From: Stylophora pistillata
Lineage: Eukaryota
Direction of reading: 5' to 3'
NCBI RefSeq assembly: GCF_002571385.2
Contig: NW_019217949.1
Span: 466,455 to 523,198, forward strand
DNA length: 56,744 bases
Part shown: one piece after another, positions 1 through 11,600 of the stretch
Position numbering within the stretch: position 1 is the first letter of the stretch
Layout: every line of letters begins with the position of its first letter
Position numbers and translations under genes: made by a program
The notes under the pieces: generated by a model
What the model was told of the DNA's origin: nothing
Databases searched by the model: none
What the model saw: only the letters and a program-made list of their open reading frames with translations

Positions 1-64
1 TTCATTGTATCTGATTTATCATCACGGGTTTATTACGAATCAACTTAACGGCCTGCTCCCAGTT

Positions 65-137
65 GGCTTGTTAGCTCAATTGGTAGAGCGCTGCACTAGT
101 ATCGCAGAGGTCAGTGGTTCGAATCCCGTACAGGCCT
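65..137 (+). tRNA. tRNA-Thr(AGT)-like sequence, probably SINE-type or pseudo-tRNA (copy 1)
   Basis: Acceptor GGCTTGT/ACAGGCC, D-arm GCTC/GAGC with A box TAGCTCAATTGG, anticodon loop CT-AGT-AT, B box GGTTCGAATCC, followed by T7. Two T-stem mismatches (AGTGG/CCCGT) and one anticodon-stem mismatch. Confidence 0.55.
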
Positions 138-312
138 GATTTTTTTCAGGTCTGATTTTCGCTATTGCATAAATAGCGCTATCTACTGCGAAGGATCGTG
201 CATCATACGTATTTAATACCGCAGTTCAAAATATATGAACTTCATATGTTCATTGTATCTGATTTATCATCACGGGTTTATTACGAATCAACTTAACGGC
301 CTGCTCCCAGTT

Positions 313-385
313 GGCTTGTTAGCTCAATTGGTAGAGCGCTGCACTAGTATCGCAGAGGTCAGTGGTTCGAATCCCGTACAGGCCT
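313..385 (+). tRNA. tRNA-Thr(AGT)-like sequence (copy 2)
   Basis: Identical to copy 1. Confidence 0.5.
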
Positions 386-560
386 GATTTTTTTCAGGTC
401 TGATTTTCGCTATTGCATAAATAGCGCTATCTACTGCGAAGGATCGTGCATCATACGTATTTAATACCGCAGTTCAAAATATATGAACTTCATATATTCA
501 TTGTATCTGATTTATCATCACGGGTTTATTACGAATCAACTTAACGGCCTGCTCCCAGTT

Positions 561-633
561 GGCTTGTTAGCTCAATTGGTAGAGCGCTGCACTAGTATCG
601 CAGAGGTCAGTGGTTCGAATCCCGTACAGGCCT
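561..633 (+). tRNA. tRNA-Thr(AGT)-like sequence (copy 3)
   Basis: Identical to copy 1. Confidence 0.5.
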
Positions 634-808
634 GATTTTTTTCAGGTCTGATTTTCGCTATTGCATAAATAGCGCTATCTACTGCGAAGGATCGTGCATC
701 ATACGTATTTAATACCGCAGTTCAAAATATATGAACTTCATATGTTCATTGTATCTGATTTATCATCACGGGTTTATTACGAATCAACTTAACGGCCTGC
801 TCCCAGTT

Positions 809-881
809 GGCTTGTTAGCTCAATTGGTAGAGCGCTGCACTAGTATCGCAGAGGTCAGTGGTTCGAATCCCGTACAGGCCT
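809..881 (+). tRNA. tRNA-Thr(AGT)-like sequence (copy 4)
   Basis: Identical to copy 1. Confidence 0.5.
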
Positions 882-1056
882 GATTTTTTTCAGGTCTGAT
901 TTTCGCTATTGCATAAATAGCGCTATCTACTGCGAAGGATCGTGCATCATACGTATTTAATACCGCAGTTCAAAATATATGAACTTCATATATTCATTGT
1001 ATCTGATTTATCATCACGGGTTTATTACGAATCAACTTAACGGCCTGCTCCCAGTT

Positions 1057-1129
1057 GGCTTGTTAGCTCAATTGGTAGAGCGCTGCACTAGTATCGCAGA
1101 GGTCAGTGGTTCGAATCCCGTACAGGCCT
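1057..1129 (+). tRNA. tRNA-Thr(AGT)-like sequence (copy 5)
   Basis: Identical to copy 1. Confidence 0.5.
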
Positions 1130-1304
1130 GATTTTTTTCAGGTCTGATTTTCGCTATTGCATAAATAGCGCTATCTACTGCGAAGGATCGTGCATCATAC
1201 GTATTTAATACCGCAGTTCAAAATATATGAACTTCATATATTCATTGTATCTGATTTATCATCACGGGTTTATTACGAATCAACTTAACGGCCTGCTCCC
1301 AGTT

Positions 1305-1377
1305 GGCTTGTTAGCTCAATCGGTAGAGCGCTGCACTAGTATCGCAGAGGTCAGTGGTTCGAATCCCGTACAGGCCT
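1305..1377 (+). tRNA. tRNA-Thr(AGT)-like sequence (copy 6)
   Basis: As copy 1, with D-loop AATCGG instead of AATTGG. Confidence 0.5.
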
Positions 1378-1552
1378 GATTTTTTTCAGGTCTGATTTTC
1401 GCTATTGCATAAATAGCGCTATCTACTGCGAAGGATCGTGCATCATACGTATTTAATACCGCAGTTCAAAATATATGAACTTCATATATTCATTGTATCT
1501 GATTTATCATCACGGGTTTATTACGAATCAACTTAACGGCCTGCTCCCAGTT

Positions 1553-1625
1553 GGCTTGTTAGCTCAATCGGTAGAGCGCTGCACTAGTATCGCAGAGGTC
1601 AGTGGTTCGAATCCCGTACAGGCCT
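1553..1625 (+). tRNA. tRNA-Thr(AGT)-like sequence (copy 7)
   Basis: As copy 6. Confidence 0.5.
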
Positions 1626-4491
1626 GATTTTTTTCAGGTCTGATTTTCGCTATTGCATAAATAGCGCTATCTACTGCGAAGAATCGTGCATCATACGTAT
1701 TAGCGAAATATGTTAATTTGTGTTCTGCTTATGTCTGCGGTGCTTTCATGGAATGAAATGCTTTTTTTCGCTGCCAAATTTTATCAAACCTGCTTACTTT
1801 TCAAGTTCCTTGCGCGGATAATCATAGTATATCGACTTCCAAAGAGCTCAATGCGAAACTTGAAAGTTTAAGACTACCTTTCATGAATTATTAAGATGTA
1901 CTGATTTGGTTGTCTTCTCAATACGCTCTTTGGGAACTTTGGAGGGGCGACACAAATTCAACTGACATTGAAAGAGTTTCTTAATCCTATAATTAAGTCC
2001 AAAGACTGCGATATACTTTTGCAAATAGTTGAGTGCAGCTGATCTGTAAAACTTGCCTAAATTAAAATTTTTAGAGATGTTTGCATATTTAATGAGGATA
2101 ATGGTTTCCAGAATTGAATTTCTGCGACAAAAGTTAAAAAACATCAAACATTTTTGGTTCCAAATGAAGACAACACGATGTAAAGTTGCCGTTTGTGATA
2201 GTTTTTAAATAACTTGAGCGAAATCGAAATAAATTCCCTTTTTTCCCATTTTCGCCGGAAACAGAGGAACAACGAAAACCAGAGGAAAAATAGTTTCACA
2301 GTAAAAAAGTGATATCTCACAACAGCTAATTTCTAAGGACACTTTCTTTTACTAAGCACCTACACAGAATGGTTTGTCTTGAAATATTAAGGTCAGCAAA
2401 AAAAAACAATAAACGTATCACACTCACGAGCAACTGCGAAAAATTGATAATACTTCAACCTTTTCGTCAAAAAAGCTATTTTCACAATAAAATTTTGTGA
2501 TCCGATCTGGCTGGTAAATGTGACGCCAATCTTTCCAATACAAGGCGATCTTCTATTGACAGCTTCTTAACCTGAGCTAAACAATATCTAAAAATTCGAC
2601 TTTGTCAAGTTTAAGTGCATCTGTCGCATAAGATTAACAGAACCGTTTTTAGGAACAGGTTAGTTCTTATATTCACTTTGAACTTAATTGAGAACCTCAG
2701 TTTTTCTCTTTTTTCTTTAACGATATACTCATATGAGCTGCAAGCAGGAACCCCAGAAATTTTATCCTCTAACAATTTTGAGACGGAGTGTGGTAAACTG
2801 TTATAAGAAGTTTAGTATTAATTTTTCAAGGCGGTGAGAGCTTCGAACATGTTATCCTAATATTTGCCACTACTGATAATCTAACCGAAAATTTCAGCTA
2901 ACCTAAGTCTGTGATAAAGACACTCTACAGAAAGTAAAACATCAATGCGCAGACCTCTACGTTATGCCAGAGTCCTAGAAGCGAATTGCCGAGAAAATGT
3001 TGAAATGCTGATACGAGCGCATTTACTGCCTAGCATACTAGAGGATTTTAAAAGAAAACAATTTCGCCAGCGCGGTCCTTAAAGATCAACAGGAATATTT
3101 AATCGTTATAAAAAAAATAGAACACATCTTACCTCACATATATACGAAATTGCCACAAAGTAAAGTAGTAGAAGCATTATTTTAAGTCCGTGCTGCTGCA
3201 AGTTTTCGTATCGATCTCGAAAAGAACTTCGCCTCTGGCGTTTGCAGGTGTATCAAACTTGAAATGGCCCAAAAACGCTGAATTATTAACGCTATTAACG
3301 CACCCCGTTAGATGCCATGGTGACAGATTGACATGGCGATTATGATTATTTTACTTAGCGGTGTTCGTGTCAGCCATGTTGATTTTAAAATTTTGCCGCT
3401 TGGAGAGTTTTTGTTTCCACAAAACACAGAACACAACAGGCCTATGGAAAGGTTAGCGAATGTTTTATATTTGACAAAAATGCCAAATAAAAAAGCGCAC
3501 TGGTTGAAGAAAACAAACCACGAAATGTTTCGTACAGCATGATGAAATTACGATTTTTTTGTCGTCTAAAGTTACTTGATCGTTAAGGACATTTCTCTTT
3601 ACAGTCATTTGTTTCAAGAATGGAAGTATACTAACGTGAAAGTGAGCAAATTCAAATGCATCGGCTTTGTTCGATTAATGAATAATTCACTCGGTATTAG
3701 TGTATGTTAATTAGAGCAGAATTTATTACGGAATGATTTTCTTCTAAAACGTTTCTACTTGGCTTTAAAAATTACACGAGACAATTTGCTCCTCCAAGTA
3801 GAAGTTTCTATCTTCTATCGTGGGTCTTAAGCCGGCACCTTGAGGAATCACTCCAAAACCGCTTTGGTGACACTTCGCCCTTCCACTAACAACAGAGTAT
3901 CTCAACCTACGTCATCTTTACATAAAGAAAATTTCCGACTATTATTTTTGTCATAGTAAACCCGTTAATGTCTTGACACACGATCATGCAGATGAAGTTC
4001 AAACGCTCTTACATTACATGTTATTGCGCGCTTAAATTATGTCCGTTAACAAGTTTCCTCGCTATCGTCACTAATTTACTTTCTAAAATAACTTCTACAA
4101 GTCTTACAAATTTCTGCCTTTAAAGTAAAATAAAACAAAAAATTCTGGATCACATTTAACAACAATCTAAAGTCATCGATAGCTGAGTTCACAAAGAAAA
4201 TGTGAAGCACTCAATTAAGGGTAAATTCAACGGCCTCAGTATTGCGACAAAGTTGGAAGACCACTCAATGAACGTAACAAGCAGGGCAAACTTCTCTTTT
4301 CCCTATTCTGCTAGTTAAAAAAAATCTGATAAATGGTTTTAATTAAGAGTGGAACAACATAATACTACCTTACTACCTACCATTGCAAATCCCTTAATCA
4401 ATACCCTTAGACTGGCTATGAGGTTGTAAAAATCAGTTCAAACTTTTCATAAGGAAATTTTTGGAAGATTAGTTTCCACTTTCATCTAAGC

Positions 4492-4668
4492 CGACGTTTC
4501 GGCGACGAATGAAAATAAAATTAACAAATGCGAGTTCAAGAGTTACAACTAATTGTGAATTTTATTTTCATTCGTACCCTTGATAATGGCGTCATGAAGT
4601 CGCCGAAACGTCGGGATATTATATCGTTCGTTTTTACCTGTCTATGTATTACTAAATCTTTGTTAATA
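4492..4668 (+). mobile_element. Tiny Penelope-like terminal-repeat insertion with 5' inversion and a degenerate minimal hammerhead motif
   Basis: Flanked by a 12-bp direct repeat TTTCATCTAAGC (4480-4491 and 4669-4680). Internal inverted repeats CCGACGTTTCGGCGAC / GTCGCCGAAACGTCGG. Motif CCC-TTGATAA-TGGCG..CGCC-GAAA-CGTC-GGG at 4577-4615. Confidence 0.7.
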
Positions 4669-4864
4669 TTTCATCTAAGCATTTCTAAAAGAACAAAATA
4701 ACTGAAAACCTTCTCAAAATCCATAAATCAGTTAATAGTTTTGGAAGTTAAATTTACATACCTCTCTAAGGGCTCAAATCTGATATCCCTAATAAAAACT
4801 CTCCCTTTGTGTACATATTTTCGAAAAAAAAGTGAAAAATGTTTTTTAACAACATCGAAGTCTA

Positions 4865-5782
4865 CCGCATTTACCCGCGTATAGGCCGCACTATGAACTA
4901 TTGACCTGATCTCAGAGAGAAAAAAATTTTCCAGTAACAAAGCACAATCAAGCCAAAAAGTTGAGAAAACTCTTTCCTTTTTTAATTTCTCATTCGACAA
5001 CAAAACACCATCTCTAAGAAAGAAAACCGTCTTCTTGAGTGGAAATGTTCGTAGAAAATATTTACATGCTTCCATCTTCGTATGTTCTTCTTGTATACTC
5101 CATATTGGCGTGCAGCTTCTCGGTTTCCCNAAAAAAAAATGAACCCCTTCTCTATGCAAAGCGAATAGAGCAAATGTTATCGAGGATATCGCTCGCGTTG
5201 TTTGTGATTCAAAGATTCAGCTGTCGTACGGGCCAAAAGTAACCAGAAAATGGGTGGAACTACTTGCAACTATGAAATGAAAAGTGAAATACGAGGATAT
5301 CATGTATATGGAAACACCTGGAAATCCACAATTTATGAAACCGATTCAACTGGAAATAAACTCGTGGGACACCTGTCGGCAGAATTCAGCCGTATTGCTT
5401 GTTATTTTATTGAGAACGGTAGGGAGATTTCTTGCCAAGTGACTGGAAAGAGGGTTCACTCACAAGGTCCTCGAGGAGGAACGGCTATTCCATGCAAATT
5501 ACAAGTGGACGTCTTAAATACGAAACAATGTTCGGAAGCGGGACAAACTTATTACAGCCGAGAGAAGCCAAATTCTTGGAAGATATGGACTAATTTAACG
5601 TAAGCTCGTATAATGCGTTGAATAAAATTGTGAATAACGGAGGAAGTTTGTTGATTATTGTGTTGGGAAACTTTGCATATTAATGAGCTCTGAACTCTTG
5701 TACCCACGTAAAGGCCGCAATGCAAACTTTCAAGGTGGTTTTTCGTCAAAAAAGTGCGGCCTATATACGCGGGTAAATACAG
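4865..5782. mobile_element. Non-autonomous pogo/Tc1-mariner-like DNA transposon
   Basis: TIRs CCGCATTTACCCGCGTATAGGCCGCAC (4865-4891) and GTGCGGCCTATATACGCGGGTAAATACAG (5754-5782), with TA on both sides. Sub-terminal TIR-like copy at 5701-5719. Disrupted HTH remnant IRFA*..GNREAARQYGVYKKNIRRWK on the - strand (~5060-5170) resembles the pogo N-terminal DNA-binding domain. Confidence 0.8.
5250..5603 (+). pseudogene. HIRAN-like domain fragment carried inside the pogo-like element
   Basis: SEIRGYHVY...VGHL....SR....F...G.EI.C.VTGKR...GG..IPC resembles the invertebrate stand-alone HIRAN-like family. The central ExxNxxDxxA segment appears deleted. Confidence 0.55.
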
Positions 5783-5905
5783 TATTTTTAAGCTTCAAAA
5801 CATTTAAATTAAGTTTCATGACTATTTTAGGTCAAAGTCTTCCAAGAAAATATGAAGTAATTTCTGCAAAAATACAGGATACTCTTGCCATTTGGTGAAA
5901 AAACT

Positions 5906-8262
5906 TTAGTTAAGGACATTTTTTATCATTTCTAAAGCCATTTCAGGGGCATCTATCGGAACCATATGACCAGCATTGAGAATATAGTAAAGGCCAAAGT
6001 TTTTGTAGCTCTTCAAGAAAGCTCCAGTTTCCCTCTTTTCCAATTTTGATGGTGCATACAATGGTTTCCTGGATGCCTTCAAAAATTCTGGCATGCCATC
6101 CCACTGAAGTTTTGAAATCCACAATTCTGGGCCCACAGTTCCACAAATCATATCAAGCTGACCTTCATACACAATCACTTTCACCCCTCCCCTAACAAGT
6201 TCGCCCACATCTGATAACACTGATGATGGGATGTCATTGCGTTGACTGATTGCCACCAAATCTGATTGACCACCCCATGTGACATTTTCTGGTATAATAC
6301 CAAGCTTCTTCCTGATTGGCCCATTCATGAGCTCAAAGAGAGGGTCATGGTGTGCTCTTATTACATATTGCACAAACATTTGATCATGTGACAGCCTGAA
6401 AGTATTCTTGCAGATATGGGATTGTGCGGAGACAGAATCTAATACATTATGACGCAACACATAATAAACATCAACATTGTCTGTTACATTAGCGATGAGT
6501 TTGTTTCCCTTGTCGCTTAAATCCATAGCTGTCTTAAAATCTCCTTTACTGGCAGCACTAGAAGTTTCCGTGGCCAATTCTTGGACATTATTGTAGTCTT
6601 TACCATCCAGCAGTGAAAAGGAAAACAGATAGAGTCCATAAGAGAGAACTGTGTCTTCAAAAGAGATCAAGGAGTCTCCAAGAGCAAGCCCATTAAGTTT
6701 ACACTGAATCTTCTTTTCATTAATCAAGATATATAGGGCCTTACCAAATGCAGCAGCCATTTTACCACCATATGACTCACCAGCAATGAAAAATGGTATC
6801 TTCTGGAAAATTGGGAACTTAAGCAGAAAAGCTTTGAAGAAGGTGACCAAGTCAGCTGTAATTTCTAAAAAGACAAATAATAAGGATTCATTCCTCTCAA
6901 ATAACAGTATTCCAAATTATTGAACCAATAAATATGGAGCTTTGTGCAAAGCTGGGAACCTTGCATTTGCAATATTTTAACAGACTGGCCCTGAGGTTAA
7001 CTTACTTTATTAAAGCTGGTTTAAAAGGGGGCTTGTATAAACAATCTCAAGGCAAGACCAAAACACAGAGATATAGGTTCCCTTACTACTTGTTGTTAGA
7101 AGTGTGTAGGTTCTTTAACATCCCCCACTAATCAGTACAGATTTTAGAGGCAGGAAAGAAGACTAGAAAGTCTAACCATTTGCAGATATCACTACAAAGG
7201 CAGCACATTCTCCTCAATAATTTTTAAGACCCTTAGTCTGGGGTTAGAACCCCCCCCCAACTCCTGCTTGGCAATCTGGAGCTCTTCATAACCTGAACTA
7301 ACAAGGCTTTGCTTTTGCCAAATTCCAGCTGTCTCAATCAAAAAGATTTGTTTCCATCCACACTCTCTCCCCTTTTATCCATTACTTTATGTACTAGGTA
7401 ATCAGCTGGTTAATTTTGCGTCCTTCTCAAGTTTTTTTAAAAATTTAAACAGCTTTAATTTAATTGAAAGGGGAGAAGNNNNNNNNNNNNNNNNNNNNNN
7501 NNNNNNNNNNNNNNNNNNNNNNNNNNNNNNNNNNNNNNNNNNNNNNNNNNNNNNNNNNNNNNNNNNNNNNNNNNNNNNNNNNNNNNNNNNNNNNNNNNNN
7601 NNNNNNNNNNNNNNNNNNNNNNNNNNNNNNNNNNNNNNNNNNNNNNNNNNNNNNNNNNNNNNNNNNNNNNNNNNNNNNNNNNNNNNNNNNNNNNNNNNNN
7701 NNNGGGAAAGGGGGAGGGGCTGAGGGGTTGCATTATAGCAATTTACAAGTCACTTCCACATCCTACTGAAAACAGTATAGGCTTTACCAGTGTGGAAATT
7801 CTGGGCCACAGCTTGCCTAACCTTGCCCAACCCAAAACTGAGCTACGTGTTCAACAAATTCAAAACAAAGGTCCCCTACCAACCTGAGATATTCCTGGTG
7901 AGGGCCGATGGATCTTTGACATAACTATATCCACAACCTACAGGATTATCCACAAAAACGATGTTGGCTTCTCTTATCCACGTTGTGTTGCGCGACTCGA
8001 GACCGACGTCCAGGGGACCGATCTCTGCGAAATTTCCGTACCCTGTGGAGGAAGCCCCGGGACCTCCCTGCAGCCACATTAACAGAGGTTTCTGAAATCT
8101 TTGGGCAGGATCTTTCACCTGGGCCCCATAAAACCACCAAAACATGTGAGCATTTGGTCTGACCTCCACATAATCCCAGGCTTCATCTGGTATCAGTGGT
8201 TCTGATTTCGCAGCTTGAATGGATAGCTGAAAAGCAACGAGCATGTAAGTGATCGAAGCCAT
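5906..8262 (-). CDS. SCPEP1: Retinoid-inducible serine carboxypeptidase-like (peptidase S10), paralog A, 445 aa, 2 exons
   Basis: Exons 8262-7884 and 6864-5906, phase-1 GT-AG intron. Signal peptide, WLQGGPGASS, FVDNPVGCGYSY, GESYGG (Ser), QLDMIC (Asp), AGHMVP (His). Confidence 0.93.
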
Positions 8263-8600
8263 TTAATTTTCGTTTCAGTCTAAGTACGGGTTGAGACTGG
8301 TGATGAGTAAAATTCGCTCGAGAGAGGTCTGGGTAATAGGGTGGGGAGGGGTAGGGGTAAAACGAACACTTCTTTTTTTTTAATTTTCTGACAAACTTTT
8401 TTGAGTAGGACGCAGAATGAACTTAAGTAGGTAGACGCTTCTTATTTATACCTTTCGAATAAATGTGTATTTTTTATGTAAACTTCAAAAGTCGAAACCT
8501 TCTTTTATTCGTTACGATTTCAGCGCTATGTCTTAGTCACTCCTCCCTGCTGTAGGAAATTTATTCACAGTCCGCATGACAACTCGAGCACATTTCCAAG
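8263..8600. promoter_or_regulatory. Probable bidirectional promoter between SCPEP1-A and HYPK
   Basis: Divergent ATGs are 338 bp apart. YY1-like CAAGATGGCGG overlaps the HYPK ATG. G-rich box at 8338-8357. Confidence 0.55.
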
Positions 8601-11600
8601 ATGGCGGAAAACTCTCAGCAACCTTTGCCGAAAAGACATGATTTACAAACGTCTGCAGACCTTGAGAGAGTCACAGATTATGCTGAAGAGAAAGAAATAA
8701 GTACAACGGACATAGAAAATGTAAGTACTGTGCTTTTTTTTTAAACTAGAATACTAAAGATCAAAAGTGAAATTATGCATTTGGTTGCATTTTCAAGATC
8801 CTGATTTTACTTTTCAAATTACAAGTCTTATTTGGTCAGTTTTTGATATCGTAGCGGGTAGTTCACAGCTTGACTGATATTTTGCTTAACACACTGAGAA
8901 TTTGTAGCGAAAAATAGCCGTAGACATCAAAATTTAGCAGCAGAATTCTGCGTACGTAGTTACGAGTGACTTTAGAAAGAAGCAGAATTCTGCGTACGTA
9001 GTTACTAGTGACTGAAGCATTCTTCGATCTCCATTGCTTATTTAGTGTAGACCTTGCCAGTCACATAGCATGCAATGATGCAATGCATGTGGTTTAGAGT
9101 GGCTCTACATGCATTAGATTTTGTCGAGTTTTGCTGTGGTCAATTGCCTTGAGACACAGCTTCATTCAGCTGTCTCTGAATGGTAGTTCAGTTGAGTATC
9201 AGTGCTGTTGTGTCAATACATCGCAGAGCTCAACACTAATGGTAGCCAAATAGCCACAGACAGTTTCAAGGCAGTGTGGCAGAGTGGTCAGCGCGTCGGA
9301 CTCGCAATCTGCTGCTCGCGGGTTCCAGTCCCACCCTGACAACTATCTGGATTTGTTTCACGGTAGCTCTGAGTTCAAATCCTCAGCCATGCTTGTAAAT
9401 AGCCAACTGGTTTGCCTTCGGCCAGGTGCGATTCTTAATAATGTTATGTTCAATTTGAATTATTTGTTTCAGTTATTTCTTTGTGGAGAACCTGTAAACT
9501 AGCTTCAGCTAAGTGTTTCTTCCGTGTTAAATAAAGATTATTATTATTATTATTATTTATTATTAGACTTAGTCGAGTAGAAAATCGGTTTTGATTCATG
9601 GTTTTTGATTTTCATTAGCCAGTTTGGCTAGTAAACAAACTGAAATTGTCGTAACATCTAAAAACATCTTAGAAGATGTTACTAGTCACTTGGCTAGTAA
9701 GTTGAAAAGTTATTGTCGAGCCCTGCATTGAATGATGCATCTTTTTTGTGTGTTTGTGTTTTGTTTTCCACTTTTAGGCCATAAGTCTAGTGGAGGGAAG
9801 ATATTCTGAAGAAAAAGCTGCCAAGTTACAAAGGTGAGTGAACCAGAATCCAGAGTTCAATGTCAGAGACATTCATGCCTATCTGTTATGACTTGTAATC
9901 TAAGCAGGGCTTGACACTAACTTTTCAACTTACTAGCCAAGTGGCTAGTGACATCTTCTAAGATGTTTTTAGATCTTACAACAATTTCAGTCTGTTTACT
10001 AGCCAAACTGGCCAGTGGAAATTGAAAACCACTAGCCAAAACTGAATTTCTACTAGTCTGTGGCTAGTGGGCTACTGTTAGTGTCGAGCCCTGCGAAGTA
10101 GACATGCTTTTCATTTTGTTTGTATAGAACGCAGATGGCAAGAACTTGATTCACAACTTGATTTACTGGTTATTATAGAATGTCGAAATAAGTGTACATG
10201 GTAGAAGCGTGTGATTTGACTCGTCAGGTTTTTTGCCTAATAGTTTTGAGTGGAATAAATCGAATTTATAACAAAAACGACTATGCTTTCTTTGTGTTTA
10301 TAACATTCACGTACACCCCACAGGAAATTGGAATAATCCAAGTATAGAATATTAGCCCTATAACTCCTGAGATCAGGCTCCGGTTGTTCAAAGGGCGGAT
10401 AACGCTATCCAACAGATAAATCGCTATCCAGCAGATAAGTGTTACCAAAACGTACTGCGCTATCCACCAGATAGAGATTTATCCAGTGTATAGCGTTATC
10501 CATCCTTTGAACAACTGGGACCTGATTGTTCATTCTCCCCTCTCACTGCTGCAAATTTCCTTGTAACTTAGTCTTGAGAATTTGGTGATGAATTAAAACA
10601 ACAACTTCTGCCTGATAAGTTTGGGTGTTCTCATAAACTGTTTGCCAACCGATAAGTGGATATTATTGGGAGAAGTTACATGTTAGTCACTTCTGGAAGT
10701 TGAAGAGCTAAGCCATAAACTTAATTTTCTGACAGGAAAGTTGAATAATTCAAGGATAGACTATTAAGAAATGAACCTCATCAGCCAGCCATATGGAACA
10801 ATATACAGAATTTGGATATATGAACAAAGTTGAAATGGTAAATTGGCCACTGTAACGATTACAAAAGCTGACGTTTCGAGCATTAGCCCTTTGTCGGAGC
10901 GAATAGAGGAATTGTGGGTTGTGTGTGCTTTTAAAGGCAGAAAATGGAGCTACATTATTGGTGGAACATGGCAACGAGAAAAACACAAATAAATTAGTGG
11001 AATGAAAAGCGTTCGTTGATCCCTGTGGGATTTAGACAAACCAGCAGTCTACCGGCAGTCTAAATCCCACAGGGATCAACGAACGCTTTTCATTCCACTA
11101 ATTTATTCGTGTTTTTCTCGTTGCCATGTTCCCACCGATAACGTAGCTCCATTTTCTGCCTTTAAAAGCACACACAACCCACAATTCCTCTATTTGCTCC
11201 AACAAAGGGCTAACGCTCGAAACGTCAGCTTTTGTAATCGTTTCGGTGGCCAATTTTCCATTTCAACTTTGTTGATAGATCCAAATTATTCTGCTACCCC
11301 CACCAACGCAGCCCCAAACAGTTTCTTTAGAAACTATCAGCCATTATACATGATTGTGATTAGAAAGGAGAGCCGAGATAGCTTTGAATGATGAATGCAA
11401 GATGAATGCCACCTCTCTTTAAACACCTTGAACCTCCCAGTGCCCTTATATTAATAACTTGCTAAATTTCCTAGATAGATTTAAGAAAAAAAACTAAAAG
11501 GAAAAGTGAAAATGAGATGTTTGGCTCGAAGATCTTTGTTTTCCTGAACACAGTGGTCAAAGTTTGGGCCTGTGCACTGGGATCAAATTGGGCTGGCCAT

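Larger units (their letters stand above)
1..1701 (+). repeat. Tandem array of a 248-bp unit (about 6.9 copies visible, runs off the window start), each unit containing a tRNA-like cloverleaf
   Basis: GGCTTGTTAGCTC recurs at 65, 313, 561, 809, 1057, 1305 and 1553 (period 248). Units differ at only about three sites. The array ends at ...CATCATACGTAT(T), 1700-1701. Confidence 0.98.

Noticed and set aside
1-1701. CRISPR array or functional tRNA gene cluster
   Set aside because: Whole units are repeated with no unique spacers, the context is eukaryotic, and the cloverleaf has broken T and anticodon stems.
7455-7769. ORFs spanning the N run
   Set aside because: Artefacts of the assembly gap.
8939-9013. 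33-bp direct repeat in HYPK intron 1
   Set aside because: Simple local duplication with no further structure.
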